64,000 nt of DNA from Bdellovibrionales bacterium. GTDB lineage: Bacteria; Bdellovibrionota; Bdellovibrionia; Bdellovibrionales; UBA1609. Location: positions 1,716,580 to 1,780,579 of the forward strand of contig OZ241877.1 in the NCBI GenBank assembly GCA_965203095.1. Reading direction: 5' to 3'. Within the stretch, counting starts at the first letter, position 1, and every line of letters starts with the position of its first letter. The position numbers and the translations under genes are program-made. Below, in pieces: positions 1-8,594 of the stretch. The notes beneath the pieces are model-generated. The model saw only the letters and a list, made by a program, of their open reading frames with translations. It did no database searches and had not been told where the DNA came from.

Positions 1-1
1 A

Positions 2-931
2 GTTGGGACAAGCACAGGAGGAATCCTGGCCTGTGGGCTGGCTGTAGGTGTTCCCATCAATAAAATTGTGGAGCTTTATTTCAAAAAAGGAAAAAAGATA
101 TTCACTGACCCTTTTCCTGCTAAAAAGACTGTAAAAAAAATATGGTGGATAGTTAAAAATAGTCGCAAGGCTGTAAATTCCAATAAAGCTCTGAGCCAAG
201 AGCTAAAAGACATATTTCACAATAAAACATTGGGACAGGTTTATAATGAGAGAAAAATTGGCCTGTGTATTACTGCTGTCAATTTAATGGATCATTCTCC
301 CAGAGTTTTCAAAACTCCCCATGATCCATTAAAAAATATGGACAATAATAGGAGATTAACGGATATATGTTTGGCCTCTTCCTCTGCTCCCATATTATTT
401 CCCATTGCAAATATTCCTGATCCGGAAAGCAGTAATATTTATGAAGGTTTTGTGGACGGTGGTTTATGGGCAAATAATCCTGTTTTAGTGGCTTTGGTGG
501 AAGCTATTATATGTTCTAAAAAAGAGCAACCGGTGGAAATTATATCCATTGGTTCTTGCTCTCCTCCAAAAGGTCAAACAGTTTTGGAAAAAGACATAAA
601 CAAAGGCTTTATAGGATGGCGGGCGGGTATTGGACCTATGGAGTTGGCAATGGATGCTCAGTCAAAATCCAATCTTTTTGTTAGTGATTTTTTATCTTCT
701 CAGTTAAAAAAATTAGGAAAACATATTACAATCTATCGTTTAAAGCAAAAAGCTCCTTCTGCGGAGCAGGTAAAATTTCTTTCTATGGATCAAGCGGATG
801 AGCAAACTTGTTCAATGTTAATAAAATGGGGGAAAAAAGATGCAGGGGAAATTTATGGACAGATAATCAGAGAAAATAAAAACAACATATTATACTGGTC
901 TTGTTTGAATTTTCAGGTTTCGATGACATGA
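2..931 (+). CDS. capV: Patatin-like phospholipase, CBASS CapV-type effector; 5' end outside the window, extreme 3' end replaced by IS630 sequence
   Basis: Frame from position 2 reads VGTSTGGILA (GxSxG nucleophile motif), in frame with ORF 68..931, which has ASSSAP and FVDGGLWANNP (DGG motif). Lies upstream of a CD-NTase. The last 12 residues (YWSCLNFQVSMT) come from the IS end. Confidence 0.88.
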   Translation, partial: VGTSTGGILACGLAVGVPINKIVELYFKKGKKIFTDPFPAKKTVKKIWWIVKNSRKAVNSNKALSQELKDIFHNKTLGQVYNERKIGLCITAVNLMDHSPRVFKTPHDPLKNMDNNRRLTDICLASSSAPILFPIANIPDPESSNIYEGFVDGGLWANNPVLVALVEAIICSKKEQPVEIISIGSCSPPKGQTVLEKDINKGFIGWRAGIGPMELAMDAQSKSNLFVSDFLSSQLKKLGKHITIYRLKQKAPSAEQVKFLSMDQADEQTCSMLIKWGKKDAGEIYGQIIRENKNNILYWSCLNFQVSMT

Positions 932-2027
932 AAATTATCAGTAATAAGCATGGACAATTCAGCCCTGTATTTTCTAACACCTCTTAAAAACAGCATCAAC
1001 TCTTTACGAAAAGTTTTAAGATCTGAAAAATACACATTAGCCATTGTCTTCTTCTTTACAAATTTCCAAAACCTCTCAATAGGATTCAAATTAGGAGAAA
1101 ATGGAGGCAAATACAGCAAAGTAATATCCAAACTTTTCGCTAAATCCCTCACCTGAAAGGCCCTGTTATATGGTGCATTGTCTAAAACCAAATACAACCT
1201 TTTATCCCTCATAGGCTGTCTCGCCCTCACAGCTCGCAATAACTCCTGCATTGAATTTTTATTAACCCTCTCACAGCTTCTACTGACAAAATCTAAACTA
1301 TTTATCTCTATCGCACCATTTATATTCACCCGCTCACGACCTGAATTAGTTTTAACCTTAAACTCCACCCCCTTCTTAATCCAACCCGATGATATTACAG
1401 GATTGAGCATAGGATGAGTTGAATCCGCAAAATACACTAAATCACCTCTCTTTTTTATCCTGCGATATCTTTGAATAAACACCTTCTGCTTCTCAATATC
1501 AGCCTTCCCAGGCACACCCTTTGGCTTCTTATATGAAAAATCTAACTTGTGAAGTAAAGCCGTCATTCCATTCACAGTATAAACAACCCCAAATGTCTTT
1601 TGAACATATAAAACAACTGCCTTTGTTGTGGGATATACCTTTGACTCCAACTCCAAAACCAGTTTCTTCCGTTGTTCCTCAGATAAATACGACATGCGAC
1701 CTCTATGATCGTCATAAACCAACCTCGACAAACCTCCTTCTTCATAACGCCTTTTGCAGTTTCTGATAGTTCCTTCATCAAAAAATAAAAATCTCGCAAT
1801 ATCGGTGACAGACTCTCCACTATCCAGCAACAAAATAACCCGGATACGATCCGCTCGCCTACGATTCCTTTCCAAACGAAGAAAAGTTAAAAGCTCTGCT
1901 TTTTGCTTGCCAGTTAAAAATGAGTTCATAGAAACATATTATAGAACATCCAAAAGATTTGGAAAACTCATAATGCCAAAAACTAAACCTTTATCAAAAA
2001 AACTTGATTTTTTAAATCAAACCAGTA
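893..2027 (-). mobile_element. IS630-family insertion sequence with imperfect terminal inverted repeats and TA target duplication
   Basis: Left end TA|TACTGGTCTTGTTTGAATTTTCAGGTTT (891-920). Right end reverse-complemented reads TA|TACTGGTTTGATTTAAAAAATCAAGTTT. TA occurs at 891-892 and 2028-2029. Removing the element restores the capV frame. Confidence 0.92.
913..1929 (-). CDS. IS630-family DDE transposase (single intact ORF, 338 aa)
   Basis: N-terminal HTH, winged HTH (LHKLDFSYKKP), and DDE motifs YFADSTH, LVLDNAPYN and LPPFSPNLNPIERFW. Confidence 0.95.
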   Translation of the reverse strand: MNSFLTGKQKAELLTFLRLERNRRRADRIRVILLLDSGESVTDIARFLFFDEGTIRNCKRRYEEGGLSRLVYDDHRGRMSYLSEEQRKKLVLELESKVYPTTKAVVLYVQKTFGVVYTVNGMTALLHKLDFSYKKPKGVPGKADIEKQKVFIQRYRRIKKRGDLVYFADSTHPMLNPVISSGWIKKGVEFKVKTNSGRERVNINGAIEINSLDFVSRSCERVNKNSMQELLRAVRARQPMRDKRLYLVLDNAPYNRAFQVRDLAKSLDITLLYLPPFSPNLNPIERFWKFVKKKTMANVYFSDLKTFRKELMLFLRGVRKYRAELSMLITDNFHVIET

Positions 2028-2029
2028 TA

Positions 2030-2083
2030 AAAACAATTTTTACTAATTTGCCAAACCTAAAAGGAGGGAATAATCATGGCTAA
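2030..2083 (+). pseudogene. Displaced native C-terminus of capV (KTIFTNLPNLKGGNNHG*)
   Basis: In frame with capV after IS excision at the TA. Its stop overlaps the CD-NTase ATG (ATGGCTAA), and it contains the AAGGAGG RBS of the CD-NTase. Confidence 0.85.
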
Positions 2084-3083
2084 TATACAAAAGCAGTTAG
2101 AGAGATTTCATAAAAATATCAAGGTTGAATCCAGCGAGTTAATAGAAAAGCGGGATATTATTGAAAAGAAAATAAAAAAATCTCTTTCTGAAGACAATAA
2201 ACCTATTCCAAATCTTCTGAATCAAGGAAGCTATATATATGGAGTGGGAATAAAACCTGCATCAGGAGAAGATTATGATATTGATGTAGGGCTTGATTTT
2301 AATATCAAGTCCTCAGACTACAATGCGGAAGAAGTCAGAAAATGGGTTTATGATGCAATTAAAAAACACACAGATGAAGTGCAAAGCAAAGGGCCCTGTA
2401 TTCGGGTTATATATCAGGTAGGTTATCATGTTGATCTTGTATGCTATGCCAGATATAAGAACAATGATTTAATCGAAAATTTTCAGTTAGCTCATAAAAA
2501 CGGTTCCTGGATAGCTTCTGATCCTAAAAAAATAAAAGATCACATCAAAAAGTCCAGAGAGAGATTTAAAGACACAAAAGACAGCAGTGGCTCAGATCAA
2601 CTGCAAAGGGTAGTTCGGTATCTCAAAAGGCGGAATGATTTAGCTTTTCCAGGTGAATCTAATGACAAGCCTATTGGTTTGGCTATTTTGCTTTACTGTA
2701 TTGATGCCTTGCGAGATCCTGTTTATGATTCTCAGGGCAATTTAGATGACTTGCAAGCCCTTATATATATTTCTGAAAGAGCAAAAAACAGTAGTAGAAT
2801 TTGTGTCAAAAAACCAGATAATGGGGAAGATATTTTTAGCAAAATAAGCGAACAAGGAATGGAAAAACTTATCACAAAATTTCAAAAATTACATGAAGCT
2901 TTATTGGATGCAAGAAACTCTAATCATTTAGAGGATGCCTGTAAAATAATGAGAGAGCAGTTTGGAAATGATTTTCCATTGGAAAAAAATAATGAAGATA
3001 AAGAGAAAAAAAAGGCTTCTTTTTTATCATCAGCAGTTCCAAATTATAAAACTCCCATTAAGCCTTATGGACGAACGGAATGA
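2076..3083 (+). CDS. CBASS cGAS/DncV-like nucleotidyltransferase (CD-NTase, SMODS)
   Basis: Motifs NQGSY, EDYDIDVG, KGPCIRVIY..YHVDLV, W..SDP and RVVRYLKR. Lies between a patatin and an E2 gene. C-terminus is ...KPYGRTE. Confidence 0.92.
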   Translation: MANIQKQLERFHKNIKVESSELIEKRDIIEKKIKKSLSEDNKPIPNLLNQGSYIYGVGIKPASGEDYDIDVGLDFNIKSSDYNAEEVRKWVYDAIKKHTDEVQSKGPCIRVIYQVGYHVDLVCYARYKNNDLIENFQLAHKNGSWIASDPKKIKDHIKKSRERFKDTKDSSGSDQLQRVVRYLKRRNDLAFPGESNDKPIGLAILLYCIDALRDPVYDSQGNLDDLQALIYISERAKNSSRICVKKPDNGEDIFSKISEQGMEKLITKFQKLHEALLDARNSNHLEDACKIMREQFGNDFPLEKNNEDKEKKKASFLSSAVPNYKTPIKPYGRTE

Positions 3084-3775
3084 CTGAACTTTGGTGGATG
3101 ACAAAAAAAGAACTTTACAAACAAGCTGTTGAAGTTGTCAGCCAATACAAGGGTCTTCGTCACCGTATAGAAAACAACCAATTTATTATTTTTGGAGCTT
3201 GGCCTGTATATGGTGATTCAGATGGAAAAAAATGGCTTGAGGATTTTCTGATAAAAATTGTTTTTCCTAATAATTACCCGGATGAACTTCCAAAGGTATA
3301 TGAGACAGGTAATAGGATAAAAATAAAAACTGTGGATACTCATTTTGATAAAGATGATTCAGCTTGTTTATTTTTTCCAACGGAAAGATATTTACATTTT
3401 CCAACAAATGAGCCTTTTCAATTTAAAAAATTTTTGGAAGGACCGGTTAAAGGCTTTTTTTTCTCACAGCTCCATTATATTCATTATAAAAAATGGCCCT
3501 TTGGCCAGCGTTCACATGACATAGAGGGTTTATTGGAATTTTATGGGGAAGAGTTGAATATACCCTGTGACCAAAAGAGTATTTCAATAGCTCTGTCTTA
3601 TTTGCTAAAACCACAAATAAAAGGGCACTTGCCTTGCCCCTGTGGGATTGACAAACTAAGAAAATGTCATGTTGAAAAATTCAGACTTTTAAACAATAAA
3701 ATTCCTAAAGAAGCTATCAAAAAAGATATAAGTTATTTAGAAAAAAACCTACTGCCATTAGGAGCTTTTTTATAA
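3080..3775 (+). CDS. Prokaryotic E2 (ubiquitin-conjugating-like) protein with C-terminal SEC-C motif; Cap2-like component of short type II CBASS
   Basis: IVFPNNYPDELPKVYE, then THFDKDDSACLF (His...Cys), KWPFGQRSH and CPCG..KLRKCH (SEC-C). ATGA overlap with the CD-NTase stop. Confidence 0.82.
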   Translation: MTELWWMTKKELYKQAVEVVSQYKGLRHRIENNQFIIFGAWPVYGDSDGKKWLEDFLIKIVFPNNYPDELPKVYETGNRIKIKTVDTHFDKDDSACLFFPTERYLHFPTNEPFQFKKFLEGPVKGFFFSQLHYIHYKKWPFGQRSHDIEGLLEFYGEELNIPCDQKSISIALSYLLKPQIKGHLPCPCGIDKLRKCHVEKFRLLNNKIPKEAIKKDISYLEKNLLPLGAFL

Positions 3776-3829
3776 ATAGTCCCTTGTGAAAAAGCATATT
3801 TTTTTTCTGTTTAGTTTGGCTACCGTGAA

Positions 3830-3881
3830 CCTTGCCAGAAGGCCCCCCGGCTTTCTGGCTCCCGTGAAAGCGGGAATCCAT
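3830..3881. repeat. REP-like double hairpin (GCCAGAAGGCC..GGCTTTCTGGC followed by TCCCGTGAAAGCGGGAATCCA)
   Basis: Related inverted copies at about 63012-63060, 63227-63276 and 63720-63770. Confidence 0.75.
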
Positions 3882-4177
3882 AAAAACTTATTCAGAACAG
3901 AACAACTTGGACCTTCAGCAATAGGTTGTTGCTTATGCAATCTGTTAAATATAGACTTTTCCATAGGCAGGCAGTTAATTATTTCCTCATAACCTCAAAA
4001 TAGCTTAAAATAGTCAATGTTTTCCCATTAAAACCAGATCTAATAGGGCTTGTCAATAAGTTTTTTAAGTATCCCAAGCTCCCGGAGCCTTCCAATATTT
4101 TGGCAAAAGTTTTTTTCTGGATATGTTTAAAAGCCTTTGTCTCACAGAGGCTGGAATATTTTTAATTTGTTTTTTTG

Positions 4178-4798
4178 TCATATTATGCTTTCTATATAGG
4201 GCTTTATGATATTTTCAACACGGCATATTTTTGCATATTTAATCAATTTTGTAGGATTAAATGTTTTTCTTTCTCTATAAAAAGCCAAAGCCTCTAATAC
4301 AATATTCATGCCGATTTTATTTCTAAATTTAAAACAATCCACTATTGTTTTTTCAGGATCATATATTTTAACAGGGATTTTATCAAAAGTATATTTGTCA
4401 GCACCTGAAGAAAAACTTCTGTTAGAAAATTGATGAATAGAAACAGGAGGATAATTTATTCTGGTTCTATGAGCACCTCGTTTTATAGCTATCCAAACTT
4501 TATGAGGAATCTGTGTCGTTAAGTTATGAAAAGCCAAAGCGGAAATTAAACAAATCACTCCATTAGGAACTCTCAAAGCCACTGTTACAAAATCAGAATG
4601 AGAAATCTTATTTTGTTTTAATTTATATAAACCATAGGAAATTTGCTCTAAAACTCCTTTATTTCTCAAGTTGTATAAAGTTCTTGGATGAATATGCTTT
4701 TTTATAGCTGTATTGGCCCTTATAATACCCCTATTGGCTTTTATAATACGAATAGCATTTTTTTCTTTAATAGTGTTCATGGATAAAATCCTCTTCAT
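4178..4798 (-). CDS. abiEi: Type IV toxin-antitoxin AbiEi-family antitoxin / transcriptional regulator (start may be the ATG at 4780)
   Basis: N-terminal wHTH (LEQISYGLY), VICLISALAFHNLTTQIP and YDPEKTIVDCFKFRNKIG, typical of AbiEi. Confidence 0.88.
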   Translation of the reverse strand: MKRILSMNTIKEKNAIRIIKANRGIIRANTAIKKHIHPRTLYNLRNKGVLEQISYGLYKLKQNKISHSDFVTVALRVPNGVICLISALAFHNLTTQIPHKVWIAIKRGAHRTRINYPPVSIHQFSNRSFSSGADKYTFDKIPVKIYDPEKTIVDCFKFRNKIGMNIVLEALAFYRERKTFNPTKLIKYAKICRVENIIKPYIESII

Positions 4799-4828
4799 TT
4801 ATTTGTATATGGGTATAATTTTATCCAT
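4779..4828. promoter_or_regulatory. Inverted repeat ATGGATAAAAT-N28-ATTTTATCCAT, probable AbiEi autoregulatory operator
   Basis: Perfect 11-bp arms at 4779-4789 and 4818-4828 over the abiEi start and promoter region. AbiEi proteins are known to bind inverted repeats in their own promoter. Confidence 0.6.
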
Positions 4829-4930
4829 ATTTAAAATAAAATCAAGAATAAAGTTGAAAAATTATCAGGAAAAGTCCTGTTTTTTGTATTGACCCCTATT
4901 TTTAGCTATCTTTTGCAAACAAGGGTTAAG

Positions 4931-5116
4931 GGCAGTTGAAATTCAAGAGACAAACTCAAAGGCAATGTCTCTATGAGCAAAAATCCCTCTCTTTCTACTT
5001 GATTTTGAAATAATCTCTATAGTGTGTTTTTAATCCATTTTTTTAGGGCCAAAACAAAAGCATTTCCTTCAGTAGATTCTTAAAACTGGTCGAATTCGAC
5101 CAGTTTAAAAAAGGAT
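4931..5116 (-). pseudogene. KilA-N domain gene relic (stops and frameshifts)
   Basis: Minus strand reads KLVEFDQF*ESTEGNAFVLALKKWIKNT, then after a frameshift IEIISKSSRKRGIFAHRDIAFEFVS*IS. This follows the bacterial KilA-N pattern VEFD.F...G.N.F.L...KW....IISK.GR.GG.FAH.DIAFEFASWIS. Confidence 0.75.
5083..5106. terminator. Perfect 24-bp palindrome AAACTGGTCGAATTCGACCAGTTT, possible terminator of the TIR gene
   Basis: Lies 10 bp past the TIR stop and ends in a T run on the minus strand. It is also the KLVEFDQF codons of the KilA-N relic. Confidence 0.4.
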
Positions 5117-6196
5117 TTAAAAAGGAATATCAAAATCTTTATCCTTTTCCTGTTCTTTTTTCAAATTTATTTTTTCTATCTCTGATTGTTCTCTGGTTTC
5201 TAAGGAAGTTTCTTGATGAGAGTTTTTTTCATTTTGATCTGTTGGCTGTGGTGGATGTTTTTTAAAAAATTCTTCCATTTTTTTCTCGATATTCTGGACT
5301 TCTTTTATTTTGCTATTTTGCCCCCAATATTTTTGAATTTCACTTATGAAGTGAGCATCTATTTGCTTAGTTTTAAACTCCATAAGTTGATCCAAAACAC
5401 TTCCAGCCATTTGTGTATTGCTGGAACTAAGAAAGTTATTTGTTAATTTTTTAACAGTTTTCTGAAGTTTAGGCCGGGAAATATGATATAAAATTTCCTG
5501 CGGATCAAAAATATACTCTTCTATCTGATGGACTGAATCTTCAGGGTTTTTGAAGGGTTTGGCTTGAAGATGCCTAATAAAACCATAAGGACTGGTGTTA
5601 TCCAATGTGAATTGAAATATAGGGATCTCTCGATGAACCGCCATACCCATCTCTTGATCACAATAATTTGAAGACTTAAAATCTTTTGAGAGAAAGGCTA
5701 TTAAGCCATGGCAACATTCTAAATATTTTTTTATTTCTTTTTCCCATTTTTTAGAGAGTTTAATACTTTTATGAGCTATAAAACATTCTATCCAGTCAGT
5801 TTTTTCTAAAATATTTTTTACCGGGATAATTTTATCTAAATCTTTATAGGAATGGCTGAAAAATAAAACCAGCTTATCTGTTGATAAATGATATAAAGGA
5901 TTTTCTTCTTCTAAAAAGTCTATCTCTTCGGCCTCTTCAGGAAACTGGTCTTTATACATTTCATAAATTATTTCATTATCCAAATTTTGGATAAACTCTA
6001 ATATGTTTTTTTCTGAGAAACTTATATGACCTGACCTTCTAACATCACCCCAATCAGTATGCTCCATTTCATAAAGTGAATCATTGTCTTCCGTATACTC
6101 TTTAAGAAAAAAGAATCCTTTAGTTTCACCCATATTTATAACTTTTTCTGTGAGTTTTGGGATAATTTCAAATCTTTGTCCTTTAGTTAAATTCAT
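5117..6196 (-). CDS. TIR-domain protein (putative NADase or defence signalling protein)
   Basis: LFFSHSYKD, ECFIAHKSI..SKKWEKEI and AFLSKDFKSSNYCDQEMGMA (catalytic Glu position). Unassigned acidic N-terminal region and helical C-terminus. GGAGG RBS. Confidence 0.85.
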   Translation of the reverse strand: MNLTKGQRFEIIPKLTEKVINMGETKGFFFLKEYTEDNDSLYEMEHTDWGDVRRSGHISFSEKNILEFIQNLDNEIIYEMYKDQFPEEAEEIDFLEEENPLYHLSTDKLVLFFSHSYKDLDKIIPVKNILEKTDWIECFIAHKSIKLSKKWEKEIKKYLECCHGLIAFLSKDFKSSNYCDQEMGMAVHREIPIFQFTLDNTSPYGFIRHLQAKPFKNPEDSVHQIEEYIFDPQEILYHISRPKLQKTVKKLTNNFLSSSNTQMAGSVLDQLMEFKTKQIDAHFISEIQKYWGQNSKIKEVQNIEKKMEEFFKKHPPQPTDQNEKNSHQETSLETREQSEIEKINLKKEQEKDKDFDIPF

Positions 6197-6380
6197 TCCT
6201 CCTCCTTTTTATATCGTTTTTTTTGAACATGCCTGCCTTCTCTATGTCTTTTTTAAGTGAATTTCCTCCCGGATTGGCCTACTCCTAACAAGTAGGCAGG
6301 CAAAACCAACTTAATCTATATCTATACATATCGGCTCCTGTCAAGCTTTTTAGCAAACTGAGCGGAAAAAACGGAGATTG

Positions 6381-6408
6381 CTGGATTCCCGCTCAAGGCG
6401 GGAATGAC
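6381..6408. repeat. REP/dRS3-like palindrome CTGGATTCCCGCTCAAGGCGGGAATGAC
   Basis: ATTCCCGC..GCGGGAAT hairpin. Family members at about 3860, 36693, 42270, 62983, 63012, 63228 and 63720. Confidence 0.7.
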
Positions 6409-6539
6409 TTGTTTCGTGGGAGTGACTGTAAAGGTAGACAGGGAAGTCTTACCGGTATTTCACAGGGTTTTTCACAGGCGACTGAATAAAGGCTTGCTTT
6501 ATAGGGGAAAACCTTTATAATAGAGGAAAAGGCAGAAAA

Positions 6540-7991
6540 ATGGCACAATCTACTACTTCAAAAAGACTTAAGTTTATCCTTGAAAAAGGAGAAGATTATA
6601 AAACGGAGTTCAAGGAAAAGGCAGATAGAAACCTTGATAGAGAAATAGTTGCCTTTGCCAACTCCTCTGGCGGGCAAATTTATATTGGCATTACAGATAA
6701 AAGCAAAGCCAAAGGCATAAATATTACAAATAAATTAAAAAGCCAGATACAAGATATTGCTAAAAACTGCGATCCTAAAGTCGATATTTCATTCCAAGAA
6801 GTAAAACAGGAAAAAATTTTAATAATTGAAATTAAGGAAAGCAAATCTAAACCTCATAGGTGTTCTTCAGGTTTTTATATTCGTTCTGGAGCTTCTTCTC
6901 AAAAGCTAAATACAAAAGAGATCAGAAATTTTATGGAAGAGGAGGGAGTTTTAAGGTTTGACTCTCTCCCTTGTAAAAAATTTGTTCATAAAGAACATTT
7001 TGATAAAGAAAAATTATTTTATTTTTTAGATAAATCTAAAGTTAAATATAACCGAAGAGATTACCTTCAAATATTAGAAAATCTTGAAGTGGCTGAAAAA
7101 CGAGGTTCAAAAATTATTTTTAATAATGCTGGAGCTTTATTTTTTTCAAAAAACTTAAAAAAAATCTTTTTTCAAACAGAGATAATTTGCGGGCTTTTTA
7201 AGGGAAAAGACAAAGGAAGTCTTGTTCTCAATAATGAAAATTTTAATATAGACATAATTAGAAATATAGAAGGAGCTATGGAATTTTTATGGAAAAGTTT
7301 AAGAGCACGGCATGAGCTAATCCCCAAAACAGCCCGTAGAATAGATGTTTTGGAAATTCCTGAAAAGGCTTTGAGGGAGGCTTTAATTAATGCTGTTATT
7401 CATACAAATTATTTGGAGGAGGGGACATCTGTAACTGTTGAGGTTTATGACGACAGAGTAGAAGTTTCTAATTTTGGAGGATTACCTGCAAGATTAAAGA
7501 AAGAACAATTTGGAAAAAAAAGTGTCCGTAGGAATCCTCTTGTAGCGGATCTCATGGCCAGGGCTGGGTATATTGAAAGAATGGGAACAGGAATTAAAAA
7601 AATGAGAGCTTTAGTTAAGGCAGAAGGACTGCCTCCGATAAAATTTGAATTTGACAATTTTACAACTGTGACATTTTATAGACCCTCTTATCCATCAAGT
7701 AGTGCTGTTGAGCTGTCAAAAATTGATATAAATTTTAGCAAAAAACTTGGTGATGTTTTGAATGTAAAAGATAAAAAAATAAAAACTTTATTACATATTT
7801 TGACTGATATAGAAAACGGAACTTTTTACAATACTAAATTTGCCAAAAAAAGAGGAATCACTTTAAGAAGTGTATATAGATATATACAATCCCTAAAAGA
7901 GAAAGGACTTATTTATTTTGAAGGTTCTCGGAAAACAGGCAAATATAAAATTGCTAAAAAATACAAAAAATTGAAAAATCTTTATAAATAA
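6540..7991 (+). CDS. AlbA_2 (Schlafen-like) / HATPase_c_4 / winged-HTH protein (often annotated RecG-like ATP-binding regulator)
   Basis: GEDYKTEFKE..EIVAFANSSGGQIYIGITD; ALREALINAVIH..DDRVEVSNFGG..RRNPLVA..IERMGTG; C-terminal GITLRSVYRYIQSLKEKGLIYFEGSRKTGKY. Confidence 0.88.
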   Translation: MAQSTTSKRLKFILEKGEDYKTEFKEKADRNLDREIVAFANSSGGQIYIGITDKSKAKGINITNKLKSQIQDIAKNCDPKVDISFQEVKQEKILIIEIKESKSKPHRCSSGFYIRSGASSQKLNTKEIRNFMEEEGVLRFDSLPCKKFVHKEHFDKEKLFYFLDKSKVKYNRRDYLQILENLEVAEKRGSKIIFNNAGALFFSKNLKKIFFQTEIICGLFKGKDKGSLVLNNENFNIDIIRNIEGAMEFLWKSLRARHELIPKTARRIDVLEIPEKALREALINAVIHTNYLEEGTSVTVEVYDDRVEVSNFGGLPARLKKEQFGKKSVRRNPLVADLMARAGYIERMGTGIKKMRALVKAEGLPPIKFEFDNFTTVTFYRPSYPSSSAVELSKIDINFSKKLGDVLNVKDKKIKTLLHILTDIENGTFYNTKFAKKRGITLRSVYRYIQSLKEKGLIYFEGSRKTGKYKIAKKYKKLKNLYK

Positions 7992-8351
7992 AATGTCAGT
8001 ATAAATGGCGGGAAAATGTCAGTATAAATGGCAGGAAAATGTCAGTATAAGAGGCAGAAAAATGTCAGTATAAATGGCAGGAAAATGTCAGTATAAATGG
8101 CAGAAAAATGTCAGTATAAGAGGCAGAAAAATGTCAGTATAAATGGCGGGAAAATGTCAGTATAAACGGCGGGAAAATGTCAGTATAAACGGCGGGAAAA
8201 TGTCAGTATAAACGGCGGGAAAATGTCAGTATAAATGGCAGAAAAATGTCAGTATAAGAGGCAGAAAAATGTCAGTATAAATGGCGGGAAAATGGCAGAA
8301 AAATGTCAGTATAAACGGCGGGAAGTGGCAGTATAAATGTCAGTATAAATG
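7990..8351 (+). repeat. Non-coding tandem array of about 14 full 23-bp units, AAAATGTCAGTATAA followed by an 8-nt variant such as ATGGCGGG or GAGGCAGA, plus partial units
   Basis: 13 consecutive 23-bp units at 7990-8288, an 11-bp half unit, one more full unit and two 12-bp units. Begins at the stop codon of the upstream gene. Confidence 0.95.
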
Positions 8352-8594
8352 TTTGGTTCATGGGGGTTAAAGGGAGTTTTCTCAATATTTTTTGCAGAAG
8401 TGGCTAAATATGGTAAAATATTAGCTTAAGACTTGACTGAAAGGGCTTGTTGTTGTATTGGGGTGAGAGGATAATATACTGATTACATTTGAGATTTCCG
8501 ATCAAAACAGAGCAGAGAAAACAGGAATTTTCAAACAAAATCAGTATAAACTCTTGTAGGGTGGTATTCTGGATTTAGTAAGAGAGTAAAATGC

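Noticed and set aside
950..2027. Small ORFs inside the IS (950..1156, 1178..1417, 1521..1766, 1572..1820 and most of 1754..2083)
   Set aside because: They overlap the transposase. Only the last 17 residues of 1754..2083 are meaningful, as the displaced capV tail.
6328..6355. Sigma28 promoter upstream of the TIR gene (GCCGATAT)
   Set aside because: The TAAA element is at the wrong spacing; an overlapping TTGACA suggests a sigma70 promoter instead.
7990..8351. CRISPR array
   Set aside because: No unique spacers: the variable 8 nt alternate among five similar variants, the unit is only 23 bp, and no cas genes are in the window.
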